Shown here piece after piece: positions 1 to 12,590 of a DNA stretch of 64,000 nt. Made by a program: the position numbers and the translations under genes. This DNA comes from Octopus vulgaris. Its lineage: Eukaryota. The stretch spans positions 108,190,001 through 108,254,000 of the forward strand of contig OX597823.1 of assembly GCA_951406725.2 (NCBI GenBank). Direction: 5' to 3'. The number at the start of each line of letters is the position of its first letter. Positions within the stretch are counted from its first letter, which is position 1. The notes beneath the pieces are model-generated. The model did not search any database, had not been told where the DNA came from, and worked only from the letters and a program-made list of their open reading frames with translations.

Positions 1-303
1 GTTGATCACGGATGTGTACTATAGTTCGTATCAGTATATAAACCGTAAACCCATCTCAGTTTGGTAATATGACACTTTATGGATTGAATTTTCAGTGATT
101 CTTAGTGTTTAAGGTGTGCCAACTAGAGTAAGAAGAGTCTGAGGGTCCTGATAATGGTTAAATTATAAATTGTTTGCACATGAACCGGGAGATTGTGTAC
201 AAATGAAATGAGTAAATGGTTGATTGGATGAGTACAAGACTGCAAACATACAGATCTTCAGTTCAGATCAGCTGCAGGCATTACATTGCATGTGTAACTA
301 ATA

Positions 304-354
<51 letters not shown>

Positions 355-524
355 CGTGACTGACCAGGCTATCAGATGTTGCTACACATCGCAGGTCACA
401 ATGCGCTTCGCATTGTTTTAGCCTTCAAATGATGCCACCCCGCTGGCTAAGCGAGCAGGCCAACAGAAGAAAGAATGAGAGAAAGTTGTGGCGAAAGAGT
501 ACAGCAGGGTAATACCATTAAGTA

Positions 525-1236
525 CAGACGAAATACCATTAAGCATTTTGCCTGGTATGCTAACGTTTCTTATTCCTTTATTGTCCACAAAGGGCTAAAC
601 ACAGAGGGGACAAGCAAGGACAGACAAAGGGATTAAGGTGATTACATCGACTGTGGTGCATAACTGGTACTTAATTTATCGACCCCAAAAGGATGAAAGT
701 CAAAGTCGTCCTCGGCGGAATTTGAACTCAGAACATAACGGCAGCCAAAATACCGCTAAGCATTTCACCCGGCGTGATAACGTTTCTTATTTCTTTATTG
801 CCCTCAAGGGGCTAAACACAGAGAGGACAAACAAAGACAGACAAAGGGATTAAGGTGATTACATCGACTGTGGTGCATAACTGGTACTTAATTTATCGAC
901 CCCAAAAGGATGAAAGGCAAAGTCGTCCTCGGCGGAATTTGAACTCAGAACATAACGGCAGCCAAGATACCGCTAAGCATTTCACCCGGCATGCTAACGT
1001 TTCTTATTTCTTTATTGCCCTCAAGGGGCTAAACACAGAGAGGACAAACAAAGACAGACAAACAGATTAAGTCGATTATATCGACCCCATTGCATTACTG
1101 GTACTTAATTCATCAACCCCAAAAGGATGAAAGGCAAAGTTGTCTTCGGTGGAATTTGAACTCAGAATGTAACGGCAGACGAAATGCTGCTAAGCATTAC
1201 ACCCGGCATGCTAACGTTTCCGCCAGGCTGCTGCCT
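525..1236 (-). mobile_element. Head-to-tail array (3 full units of ~217 bp plus a partial) of tRNA-derived SINE family B
   Basis: Repeating unit with B-box-like GAGTTCAAATTCC, central GCCTTTCATCCTTTTGGGGTCGATAAATTAAGTACCAG (resembles the MetaSINE domain) and AATAAAGAAATAAG tail on the minus strand. ORFs 638..853 and 855..1070 are near-identical. Confidence 0.9.
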
Positions 1237-2094
1237 TTGTGGCAGATATGTATTCTCATTCTATTTTCCTTTCTTTAATAATAGAAGCTAAAACTAGCAT
1301 TTCCATTTCTGAAGACAGTGCACAAGACTGCTAGTTTCTTCATTTCACATAAAGAATAAGAGGCTTGGTGCATAAGATTTCATATTCCACATGCCAAACG
1401 AACTCATGAGTGAACTGTTTTATCTAACTCATCTAGACAAAGAATTTTCAAACTAAAACTTTGATAAAATGCTTGTTGTACGCACTGGATGTTAGTCATG
1501 TTAATGTGGGACAAACCAGGATGAAGCATTGACTCTGCAACAATGCTGGACAAGCGGGTTGCAGCAAAATGTTTTGTTGGTTACCTGGTTACCATTTATC
1601 TGCTTGACGATATTAGTACCAATTCAACAACAGTAACAACAACAACAGGGATATCTACAACAATTACAACTGCTGTTCATCTATTTCTAAATAAAAATAT
1701 AAATCTATTTTTTGGAGTAGACATCCAAACATCCTCATGTTTGTAAGGTATAAATATATCAGATGCATGCGCAAATTCACTCATATACATACATATATAT
1801 ATATAGACACACACGCACATATATATGTATATATTTATATATGTATATATATAGACACACACATATGCATATATATACCCACACACGTATATATGTATAA
1901 ATGTACATTTATATCTATAAACGCATATAAAAACAGGTGTATGTATGTGTGTGTGTGTGTATATGTATGTATATAGAGCTGTGTAGTGCGTTTGTCCCCC
2001 CCCCCATCACTGCTTGACACTCAGTGGTGGTGTATTTACGTCCCCATAACTTAGTACTTCAGCAAAAGAGACTGATATATATATATATATATAT

Positions 2095-2292
2095 GGGGGG
2101 AGTTTATGAAAAAAACAAGATGAAGATAGGTGGTGTACAAAACAAACAAATGTATTAGTATAACGCTCAGGAATAGAAAAAGTCTTTTATGTTTCGAGCC
2201 TACGCTCTTCTTCAGAAAGGGACACAGAAAAAACAAGGGAGAGAAACAAGGAGAAAAAAATGTGTGCTGTGGCTAACGATCTATCATGGCGA
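2095..2292 (-). mobile_element. ~200 bp hammerhead-bearing non-autonomous element (family H1), Penelope pseudo-LTR-like, in (TA)n
   Basis: Homologous to 9635-9825, 18281-18465 and 55498-55710. Flanked by TA repeats on both sides. Confidence 0.8.
2184..2219 (-). ncRNA. Minimal type I hammerhead ribozyme motif
   Basis: Minus strand reads CTTT-CTGAAGA-A-GAGC(GTAG)GCTC-GAAA-CA-TA-AAAG: stem I, CUGANGA core, 4-bp stem II, GAAA, NUH site. Confidence 0.8.
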
Positions 2293-2341
2293 TATATATA
2301 TGTATATATATATATCAGAATCTTATGCTGAAGTACTAAGT

Positions 2342-2403
<62 letters not shown>

Positions 2404-3657
2404 ATGGGCTTCTTTCAGTTTCCAGATCTACTCACAAGGCTTTGGTTGGCCTGAGGCTATAGTAGATGACATTTGCCCAAGGTGCCATGCAATGGGACAC
2501 TGAACCCGGAACCATATGGTTGGGAAGTAAGCTTCTTACCACACAGCAATGTCTGCACCTATGTATATGTACAGACACACACACACTTACCACATGCCCC
2601 CACATGCCACATGTGCTCCCCCATGTCACACTCCTCCCCATACCACTTGCTTCTCTCATGCCACATGTCCTACCTATATGCATACATACGTTAGTATGAA
2701 ATCCTGGAATTACTTGTTCAGAGTTATATAGTTGAGTCAATTAGAATGAAGAGCTCGAATTGTGAGATCTGAATTTCAATCATTTATTAAAGCGTAGTTA
2801 TATGTGTAAGTGTGCGTACGCATGAGTGTGTGTGTGGGGTGGGGGTGGGGTGTGTGTAATTTAGCTTTTAATTCATTGTATTTCGAAAGAACAAAAGCAG
2901 GTCTGGAAGAACAATGAAAATATAATTGTGTACGTGTGCACCATGTGTGATGTGTATGAGTGAGTGTTTGAGAGACAGAGGGAGAGAGACAGAGAGAGAG
3001 ACAGGGAGACAGACAGAGACAGTTGCATGAGTTTTGTAATTATAATGAAGTAAGAACTTAAAATACAGAGATAAACATTTCCTTGCTTTAGTCTGAATTG
3101 AAGATATTTACTGTAATTGTCTGACGAACCAATTGTAAATAACATTATATTCATTTATGCAAATACTGACATAAAATCATATACATTTATGCAGATTTAA
3201 GTGTTTTGAAATAGAAACAGGTTTTCTCCATAATGTTTAACCTACTTATACAAGTAAGAAATGGCTATAATAACCTTATTTTCTTGAGAGCAGATCCTTA
3301 ACTAATCCTGCCCCAAATAACTGCTTGTGTTGTTGTTGATGTTGTTGTTATTGCATAGGCCTTGCCACCTTGGTTAGCTCTGAACAAATAGATCTAGGAT
3401 TAAAATGGATCTAGCTATGATGACACTATATTGCTATTTAGCCCTAGGTCAGTCCGAGACATTCTAACCATGACCATTCCAGATTGTTATTTTTATCCCA
3501 GGTTAGTCTTGATCCAATGAGCGTTCAATCAAGGATCCTTAGCAATGGTGATTCCACCTTATTTTCAGGCACAGTGCACCAAAGATTACATTATCCAGCA
3601 TGTCTCCGGTTTTGAAAGATAAAAGAGGGTGACATTTTAAAGAAATTTAACTGCTTT

Positions 3658-3871
3658 TTAACTCTTTAACATTAAGATTACTCTATCCAAAGTAACACTT
3701 ATTTCATAATATTGTTTTGAATTAATCATGCATTATCTTGTAGTTTTGAAATTTCAATGATACAATTGCCTATCTTTAGAATGGCATTGTAAGAAAAGTG
3801 TCAGAGGCTGAATCTGGCCAATTTAAACATAAAACAGGTAACATAAAACAGCTTAAATGCTAAAGGGTTAA
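3658..3871. mobile_element. TTAA-flanked piggyBac-like MITE (family M1)
   Basis: TTAA-CTCTTTAACATT ... AATGCTAAAGGG-TTAA ends. Homologous to 3967-4196 and 23729-23953. Confidence 0.75.
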
Positions 3872-3966
3872 ATCCCTTTTAATTGTAGATTAACCCAATG
3901 TCATGACCCTCCTGTCATTTTTATCGAAAATATATCTATGACTGGATTATACAAAATGTCCTTTCT

Positions 3967-4196
3967 TTAATCTTTTAGCATTTAGATTATTCTGTCGAAT
4001 GTAATGCTTATTCATTCACATTGTTTAGAATTAACCATGAATTATCTTTTTGGGTTGAGATTTCGATGATGTGCTTCTTTATTTCTAGCATGGCATTGTA
4101 GGGTAAGTGTGAGGGGCTGAATATGGCCAGTCTATACATAAAACAGGTATAACATTTGGGCCGAATATGGCTGGTTTAAAATGCAAAAAGGGTTAA
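3967..4196. mobile_element. piggyBac-like MITE M1, second copy
   Basis: TTAA-TCTTTTAGCATT ... ATGCAAAAAGGG-TTAA, with internal homology to 3658-3871. Confidence 0.75.
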
Positions 4197-4515
4197 GACA
4201 GTTGGATTCAATTTGGGGGACTTATGGCTGCTTGAACAACCGTGTAGAGGCTTGCTGTTGGCTCTCTCCGATAGTAGCTGCTTTCTTTTTTCATCAGCTG
4301 TTCTTGAAGGATAAAAGGCAAAGGTATTAAATCATTCGTTGTTTGGCAGGTAATTAAATATATTTTATTTTTGGATTTGGTTTGCAAGATTCTTTATATG
4401 GGTTCGTGTGTTGAAGCATATTCTGTTGTGTCTGGAGAGAGTTATTTTCTTTTTGTGCCTTATAATGTAACACACTCTCCGGTAAAATTTCCACTTATTT
4501 CTTATTTTTATTTTC

Positions 4516-4590
4516 CTAAAATTTTCGTTGCGTCTTGCAACCTTTTCAATAAACTATTGAAAAAGTTACAAGATGCAATGAAAATTTTAG
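4516..4590. ncRNA. 36-bp-arm palindrome made of two inverted hammerhead-like motifs with a U3-A8 core
   Basis: Arms 4516-4551 and 4555-4590 match at 32/36 positions. The minus strand of the left arm reads TTA-TTGAAAA-G-GTTGC(AAGAC)GCAAC-GAAA-AT-TT-TAG. Confidence 0.6.
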
Positions 4591-4743
4591 TTAAATTTAC
4601 CTGTCTCAAAAAAGAAGTACGAAATATATTCTACCAGGCAGATTCTGGTTTTCTGGACTTCTGAGACTTTTGCACAGCTTAGGTGTATCAAGTTCAACAC
4701 ATGGAATATTTGTTATCCTCAGGTAACTGTAGCCGGCTATAAG

Positions 4744-4900
4744 TGTTGCATAGTGCGAGATGAAGCCTGCTTAGAATGAATAACAACAAGACACAGAACA
4801 AAGACTAAGAGAAGACAATACAACACGCCTGACCACCTGTTCTGCTCTATTTAAGCTCTAGCTAAGCCATTAAGTCTCCCTTTTCTCAATTATAACAACA
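4744..4900 (-). mobile_element. Possible short solo LTR
   Basis: TGTTG...CAACA inverted termini and TATA-like TTAAATA on the minus strand. No clean TSD. Confidence 0.3.
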
Positions 4901-5313
4901 AAGAAAGGTAAAAAAAAAAATCATATAAATAAATAAATAAATAAATAAATAAACAGACACTAGTATCAAGGTAAGAAAACCTTATTAAATGTAAACACTT
5001 CATCAGATGTAGAAATTGAAACCGCACTTGAAGATATCTGTATAAGTCATCACTTTGACCCTGTATATTATTAATAATTACTGATGCTTCAAAAATTTAC
5101 AGGTAGAAAACAAAGCTGAGAGCTTCTACGAACTCTTAAGGTTTCTTTACGCTTCAGCAACATCATTGCATGCGAGCAATTATAACACCTGACGGTGGAA
5201 GGTGTAGTTGTTGCAGAATTATTGATGTTTGAATAATTTATACGCACACACACAACACACAACACACATACACACTCACATACATGTGCGTGTGTATCTC
5301 CCTCTCTTTCTTT

Positions 5314-5870
<557 letters not shown>

Positions 5871-6254
5871 CAAGCATTGCTTGATCACCAAACAAGTAAA
5901 CTGAAACACTCACCTATTCCCCATCTCTAGCTGTTTGTCACACCCCTTTCAGGGTCTCATGAACTTACCCACTCACCCTTCCAAGTCCCCTTCCCTCATT
6001 CTCTCTTGCATTCACTTATTTGTTACCTTGGAGTTACACTCTGACACCTCATCACCACCATCTTTTCTATCTTTCCACCTGGGGTAGCCATATGTATGTT
6101 TCCTCTACTGCAAAGCACCTGCTCTTTTCACTCCGCCATACTCCAGTTGGCCCCACGATCTGACTCAATGCCACCCACTCAAAGCTCTTCCTCATTCTAG
6201 GGGTTTTTCTTGTCTTGCTACTTACTAGTGTTAGTTCCACAAAAAATGTACCTA

Positions 6255-6645
6255 GGCGCAGGAATGGCTGTGTGGTAAGTAGCTTGCTAACCAACCACAT
6301 GGTTCTGGGTTCAGTCCCACTGCGTGGCATCTTGGGCAAGTGTCTTCTGCTATAGCCCCGGGCTGACCAATGCCTTGTGAGTGGATTTGGTAGACAGAAA
6401 CTGAAAGAAGCCTGTCGTATATATGTATATATATGTGTGTGTGTTTGTGTGTCTGTGTTTGTCCCCCTAGCATTGCCTGACAACCGATGCTGGTGTGTTT
6501 ACGTCCCCGTCACTTAGCGGTTCGGCAAAAGAGACCGATAGAATAAGTACTGGGCTTACAAAGAATAAGTCCTGGGGTCGATTTGATCGACTAAAAGCGG
6601 TGCTCCAGCATGGCTGCAGTCAAATGACTGAAACAAGTAAAAGAG
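6255..6645 (+). mobile_element. tRNA-derived SINE family A, full length
   Basis: A box TGGCTGTGTGG, B box GGTTCAGTCCC, CORE-like CTTGGGCAAGT, internal TA/TG microsatellite, AAGTAAAAGAG tail. Many copies in the window. Confidence 0.9.
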
Positions 6646-6735
6646 AGAAAAAAGAAAGAAAGAGAGTATACACACACACAAACACACATGTGCCAATGGT
6701 GAATTCTTTTCCATCTTTGGACTTTTCTCTTTCTC

Positions 6736-6770
6736 CTTTCCGATGAAGAGCTATGCTTGAAATGTCAAAC
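6736..6770 (+). ncRNA. Degenerate hammerhead motif related to H1
   Basis: CTTT-CCGATGA-A-GAGC(TAT)GCTT-GAAA-TG-TC-AAAC. Confidence 0.5.
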
Positions 6771-7093
6771 TCTCTCCTTTCACTGAGCATCAAGCCAATA
6801 CATTTCTTGTGCACATCCTGAGAAATACGTACCATGAGATTGAATAGTTGCTGGCCATTCTCCATGGCAATGCCATCACAGTCATGATTGCAGGGCATGG
6901 CTGAGTACACTATTTCTTCTGGGGTGTGTGGCCCATTGTCCCCACCTCTTTCTTCTACTGCTTGACCCCACCTTTCTTCTTTCCTCTTTTACTCTTATTA
7001 TTTTCTTTTTCTGTTCCCTTATTTCCTTGCATTTAAATGTTAGAGCTTAAAATACGATCAGTTGGCTTAAAACAAAAAAAAATTCGCACTCTC

Positions 7094-7509
7094 ACTCTTT
7101 TACTCTTTTACTTGTTTCAGTCATTTGACTACGGCCATGTTGGAGCGCTGCCTTTAATCGAGCAACTCGACCCCGGGACTTATTCTTTGTAAGCCCAGTA
7201 CTTATTCTATCGGTCTCTTTTGCCGAATCGCTAAGTGACAGGGACATAAACACAACAGCATCGGTTGTCAAGCAATGCTAGGGGGACAAACACAGACACA
7301 CAAACACACACACACGCACATATATATATATATATATATACATATATACGACGGGCTTCTTTCAGTTTCCGTCTACCAAATCCACTCACAAGGCTTTGGT
7401 CGGCCCGAGGCTATAGTAGAAGACACTTGCCCAAGGTGCCATGCAGTGGTACTGAACCCGGAACCATGTGGTTGGTAAGCAATCTACTTACCACACAGCC
7501 ACTCCTGCG
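7094..7509 (-). mobile_element. SINE family A, full length
   Basis: Reverse-complement homolog of 6255-6645. Confidence 0.9.
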
Positions 7510-7798
7510 TCATATGTAAAAAAAATTTTAATATTAAACATTTTAGTTCAGGTGTTGACTACAGGTAACCATTTGTACTAATGAGAGCATGAATGTTTGA
7601 TACCGTGATGCAGAGGGTCCACAGTATATCTCTCTTAAAATTTGAATTCAATATGTTTCTGAGTTTGCTACATTATTATTTAATCTGCTTAATGTCCAGT
7701 CTTATAGCAAACAGTTCTACAACTAAACTGCTCACCGCACTACCCCTTCTTCCCTTGTCTCTCTCTTCCTCTCTCCCCTATCCCTTCTTCTCTTCTCT

Positions 7799-7836
<38 letters not shown>

Positions 7837-7964
7837 TTAAACTGAGCACTTGCAGCTCATGAATTAAGTTTTATTTGAACAGCTGTAGGTCTACAGAGAT
7901 GAAACTCTGCATTGCAAACTGAAAAGAACAATCAATAAACACATCACAACCAAGGTGATCGGCT

Positions 7965-8160
7965 GCTGTTGCTGTTGAATCTGTTTGGCCCCGTGTTAAT
8001 GAAACTTCCGATCAAAGGTATTCTAACCACAGACATTTCGTCTTTTTGAGATGTCCAGGACAACTTTGTCTTATGCTTCCCTTTTTGAGTCGATGTGATG
8101 TTATTTGAGTGAGATTTGGCTGTCTATCTAGCAGATTAAGCAATCACACAGAGGCTCTAG
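7965..8160. repeat. Old dispersed repeat family G (unclassified)
   Basis: Motifs GATCAAAGG.ATTC.A.CCA.GAC and GA.TTGAG.GAGATTTGGCTG recur in diverged form near 3.4-4.3, 24.4, 33.3, 37.2, 37.9, 41.0-42.0, 46.8 and 62.8 kb. Confidence 0.6.
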
Positions 8161-8206
8161 TGATGGTTTGTAGTCTTTATTAATGGTGATGATACACACG
8201 TACACA

Positions 8207-8273
<67 letters not shown>

Positions 8274-8771
8274 CCACACACACATGCATGTATAAAACAG
8301 ACAGCAATAATGGGTTGTATAGATTTATTTATTATAGGCTTACAACTGTTTCAGAAATGCATTTTTCGTGCATTCATGGTTCAATTTTATTAATCAATCG
8401 ATTGATCAACTGGAAATCTAGGGAACCAACCTTACAATAATATCTGCCACAGTGCCAAAACAGTGTAGAGAGCTTAAGAAGTATTTCTCTCGGATTAATA
8501 TCCCCTATTAATCCATCTTTGTTATATATGTATATATACATCATAGACTCTCCCATCATTGGACGATGTATGAGGGTTCAGCAAAAAATTGCTAAACAAC
8601 CATGCAGAGTGTTGTTTTATAGTGATCAAATATTTACAAAGAGGATGGTATTGTGCTAAGTCAAAAGTTTTGCAATATTTTGGTAACTTATCTGTTTTAG
8701 TCACCAAGTTACAACAAAACAGCCTGACATTCAAAGTAGAGGCCATTGTGCTGCACTTTCTGAAGCCACTA

Positions 8772-9006
8772 TTCTTATTTCTTTATTGCCCACAGGGGGC
8801 TAAACATAGAGGGGACAAACAAGGAGAGACAAAGAGATTAACTCGATTACATCGATCCCAGTACACAACTGGTACTAAATTTATCGACCCCGAAAGGATG
8901 AAAAGCAAAGTCAACCTCGGCAGAATTTGATCTCAGAATGTAATGGCAGATGAAATACCGCTAAGCATTTCACCCGGCCTGCTAACATTTCTGCTAGCTC
9001 ACTGCC
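8772..9006 (-). mobile_element. SINE family B
   Basis: Homologous to the units of 525-1236. Confidence 0.9.
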
Positions 9007-9166
9007 TCTGAAGCCACCATTCTGCCAGTTCTTTAATCACACGCTGATACCAGTTCTTGTCCTCTAAGGCAAAGAACCTCTTCACTGAAGTTTCTACTTT
9101 CGCTTGGTTGATGAAACATCATAAATGCAGAATATGAGCCATGGTTGGGAACAAGTAAGAATTCGA

Positions 9167-9400
9167 GGGCAGTGAGCTGGCAGAATCATTAGCACGCTGG
9201 GCGAAATGCTTAGTGTTATTTTGTCTTCTGTTATGTTCTGAGTTCAAATTCCGCTGAGGTCGACTTTGCCTTTCATCCTTTCAGGGTCGATTGAATAAGT
9301 ACTAGTTACACACTGGGTTTGATGTAATCGACTTAATCCCTTTCTCTGTCCTTATTTGTCTCCTCTATGTTTAGCCCCTTGTGGGCAATAGAGAAATAAA
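9167..9400 (+). mobile_element. SINE family B
   Basis: GGCAGTGAGCTGGCAGAA head, GAGTTCAAATTCC B box, AATAGAGAAATAA tail. Confidence 0.9.
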
Positions 9401-9479
9401 TAATAATTTGAGGGAGATATTTTTCTGCAATTCTAATGTACATGATGGGGTTAAACAAGGGTTAGCTTCTGGAACCTGT

Positions 9480-9960
9480 CACCAAACAGGGAAATTTCAG
9501 ACACAAGATGATGCTCTGTGTCTGGTGGAATTATGAGTTCATTTCTGGTGGTCAAACCATCAATGCTAACCTGCACTCTGAACAACTGGAGTTGATGTAT
9601 AATACTGAGTGGCAAAAATATCCAAAATATCATTCGTCATGATAAATCGGTAGCCATTACACACATTTTTTTTCTCTCCTTGTTTCTTTCTGTGTTCCTT
9701 TCTGTGGATGAGTGTAGGCTCAAAATGTTAAAGACTTTTTCAATTCCCAAGTGTTATACTAATACATCTGTTTCTTTTCTATACCACCTGTCTTCGTCTT
9801 TTGTTTTTTTCATGAATTCTCCCCCAAAATATCCAACATTGGATATTTTGGGGGAGAATTCAAGCAGGCTCTTGTGCAGCAAGACAATGCAAGACCTCAC
9901 AGCACTTGAATGACCTGGAATAAACTCCATGGACTTGAGGGAATCAACCTAGCTGCCACC
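9480..9960 (+). pseudogene. Decayed mariner transposase fragment interrupted by an H1 element
   Basis: Translates to KMMLCVWWNYE...GQTINANLHSEQLE...KYP before the insert and QQDNARPH after it. Confidence 0.75.
9635..9825 (+). mobile_element. H1 element with decayed hammerhead (9698-9733)
   Basis: CTTT-CTGTGGA-T-GAGT(GTAG)GCTC-AAAA-TG-TT-AAAG. Homologous to 55498-55710. Confidence 0.75.
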
Positions 9961-10680
9961 GATTATTGTTGCGATTAGGGGTAGCAGTAGTGTGGATAGG
10001 GGTGTTGATAGAGGTGATGGAGGGTGGTGTCAATGATGGACATAATGACAATGTTCATAGAGAATATTGTGTTGGGGTTGGTGGTGGTGCTTAAGTTGTG
10101 ATAAAGTGGTAGTTATGATTGTAGTATGGTAGTGGTAGCAGTGGTGGGGTAGTAGAATGGAATTGGTAGTAGTGTGGTGGCTGGGATAGTAGTTGTGGAA
10201 GTGGTAGTCTTTGTGTTTATGACTGTGGTAGGGATGATGGTCGATGTGGTAGTAGAGTGGTAGTTTTATTTGTAGTAGTGTTGACAGTAGGAGTATGGTG
10301 GTGGTAGCATGGCGGTGGTGATATTAGTAATAGTAGCAGTGATGGCAGTGGTGATGGTAGAGAGATAGGTTTGATTGTGTTAAGGTAGCACTGGTGGTGG
10401 TGGTGGTGGTGGTGAAGGTGGTGTTGTAGTTGTTGTTGCTGTTGTTGTTGTTGGTGGTGTTGGAGGTGGTGTTGGTGGTGGTGGTGGTGGTGATGATGTT
10501 GTTGAGGTTGTTGTGGTTGTTGTTGTTGCTGCTGGTGGTGGTGGTGGTGGTGGTGGTGGCAGTGGTGGTGGTGGTGATGATATTGGTAAATGGTGTAGGT
10601 ATTGGTGTTGGTGGTGTTGGGGTTGGTGTTGGTGGCGGTGGTGGTGGTGGTGTTGATGTAGAGGTGATCTTGATTGTAAA
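9960..10680. repeat. (GGT/GTT/GTA)n low-complexity tract
   Basis: Direct inspection. Confidence 0.9.
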
Positions 10681-10862
10681 GTGGGGAAGGGAAGGGTGTG
10701 TGTGTGTGAAATAAACTAATTAACGAAGGAGGAAAAGAGAAATTATAAAGGAAGGCAGAATAGGTGAAGAAGGTGAGGTAACAAGTGGAGAAAGAAAGTA
10801 AAACTGAAAAAATAGAAATTGTATTAAAAGGAAGGACAAAAACAAAAAATAATATAGAAAAC

Positions 10863-10902
<40 letters not shown>

Positions 10903-11038
10903 AAGAAAGGGAGAGAGAGAGCAAAGTAAATTTGTAAAGTAACTCCACCTACGAAATTCTTTCTTCATCTCTCTCTCTCTTTCTTCCCTCCTTTTCTCTC
11001 CTTTCTCTCTTTCTCTTTTCTGGGTATGTGTGTGTATC

Positions 11039-11103
<65 letters not shown>

Positions 11104-11136
11104 TATAGATATATGTGTGTGTGTGTATATATATTA

Positions 11137-11167
<31 letters not shown>

Positions 11168-12071
11168 GTATTTATATATTTATATGTATGTATATATTTA
11201 TACACACACATGTATATATATGTGTGTATATATATATATATTTATAGTCTGAGAGAGAGGTAGACAAACAGACAGATTTACATACACACACACACACATG
11301 TACGTATGTATGTATGCATGTATATATGTATGTGTGTATGTATATGTGTATGTATTTATGTATGTATGTATGTAGTTCTCTTTGCAACTCACTGCCATTC
11401 CATCTTTCTTGATCACACTATTCCCTCACCCCCCCCGTCTTACCCTGCATCCCTTTCCCTGCACGATTGTTTTTTTTATTATGTGTGTGTGTGTGTCAGT
11501 GTGTGTGTGTATGGGTGTGTGCATGTGTGTGTGTATATATTATTTATAGATATATATATATTATATGTATATCATATATATATATATATATATTATATAT
11601 GTACATATGTATATACATATATGTATATATGTATATATAAATTTATATATATGTGTATAAATATACATACATATATATTATATGTGTGTGTATGTATGTG
11701 TGTCTATGTATATAAAGGACCCACACTCCTAGTTGAGAACCCATCTACTAAGTAGACTGACCTATTGTTTTAAAACATACCAAACAGCACTACTTCATCA
11801 ATTATTTACATAGAATTTGCTTTTGTCTTTCCTTTTCATAATAAACACACACTTACATACAGATGTAGATGAACTCATGAGCTTGTACACGCACAGTATT
11901 TTCATGATGTGTTTATATATTTATATAAATCTATACATATTCAGATTTATGTATAATGTGAATAGTGTGTATATTTATAAATTTTCAGGATGTACATAAA
12001 TAAATAGGCAGAGTACAGTATGTATGTGGATGTATGTAGACACAAGGTTATAGTTAAAGTGTTTGTGTGCT

Positions 12072-12114
<43 letters not shown>

Positions 12115-12116
12115 CC

Positions 12117-12315
12117 CCCTGGCACCTGTGCAGGTGGCACGTAAAAAGCACCAGCTACACTCGCGGAGTGGTTGGCATTAGGAAGGGCATCCAGCTGTAG
12201 AAACTCTGCCAGATCAGACTGGAGCCTGGTGCAGCCCCTGGCTTCCCAGACACCGGTTGAACCGTCCAACCCATGCTAGCACAGAAAATGGACGTTAAAC
12301 GATGATGATGATGAG
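12117..12315 (+). mobile_element. Non-autonomous retroelement family D, 3' part with (GAT)n tail
   Basis: GGCACGTAAAAAGCACC subrepeat, GGCATTAGGAAGGGCATCCAGCTGTAGAAAC motif, GGACGTTAAACGATGATGAT end. Confidence 0.8.
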
Positions 12316-12366
12316 GATGATATGTGTGTGTGTGTATGTGTGTGTGTCAGTATGTATGAATATATA

Positions 12367-12409
<43 letters not shown>

Positions 12410-12412
12410 ATG

Positions 12413-12480
<68 letters not shown>

Positions 12481-12590
12481 TGTCAACATCTATTCATCCT
12501 TCCAAAAGAAATACAGATCTAGTATTTAATAGATTATGCTACCTTGTAGAAATTTGAAGGATAAGGGCCAGGAAAACTTAGAATAACGTT

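Noticed and set aside
638-1070. Two near-identical 71-aa ORFs resembling a tandem gene pair or array
   Set aside because: They are the antisense reading of tandem SINE B units. There are no spacers, so this is not a CRISPR array.
4600-4768. Possible minus-strand exon (pyrimidine tract, CAG acceptor, GTAAAT donor)
   Set aside because: All three frames contain stops, and no partner exons are recognisable.
10217-10948. Poly-His/Gln ORF, and poly-Pro ORFs at 19519-19875 and 36660-37106
   Set aside because: Trinucleotide low-complexity tracts with no domain or splice context.
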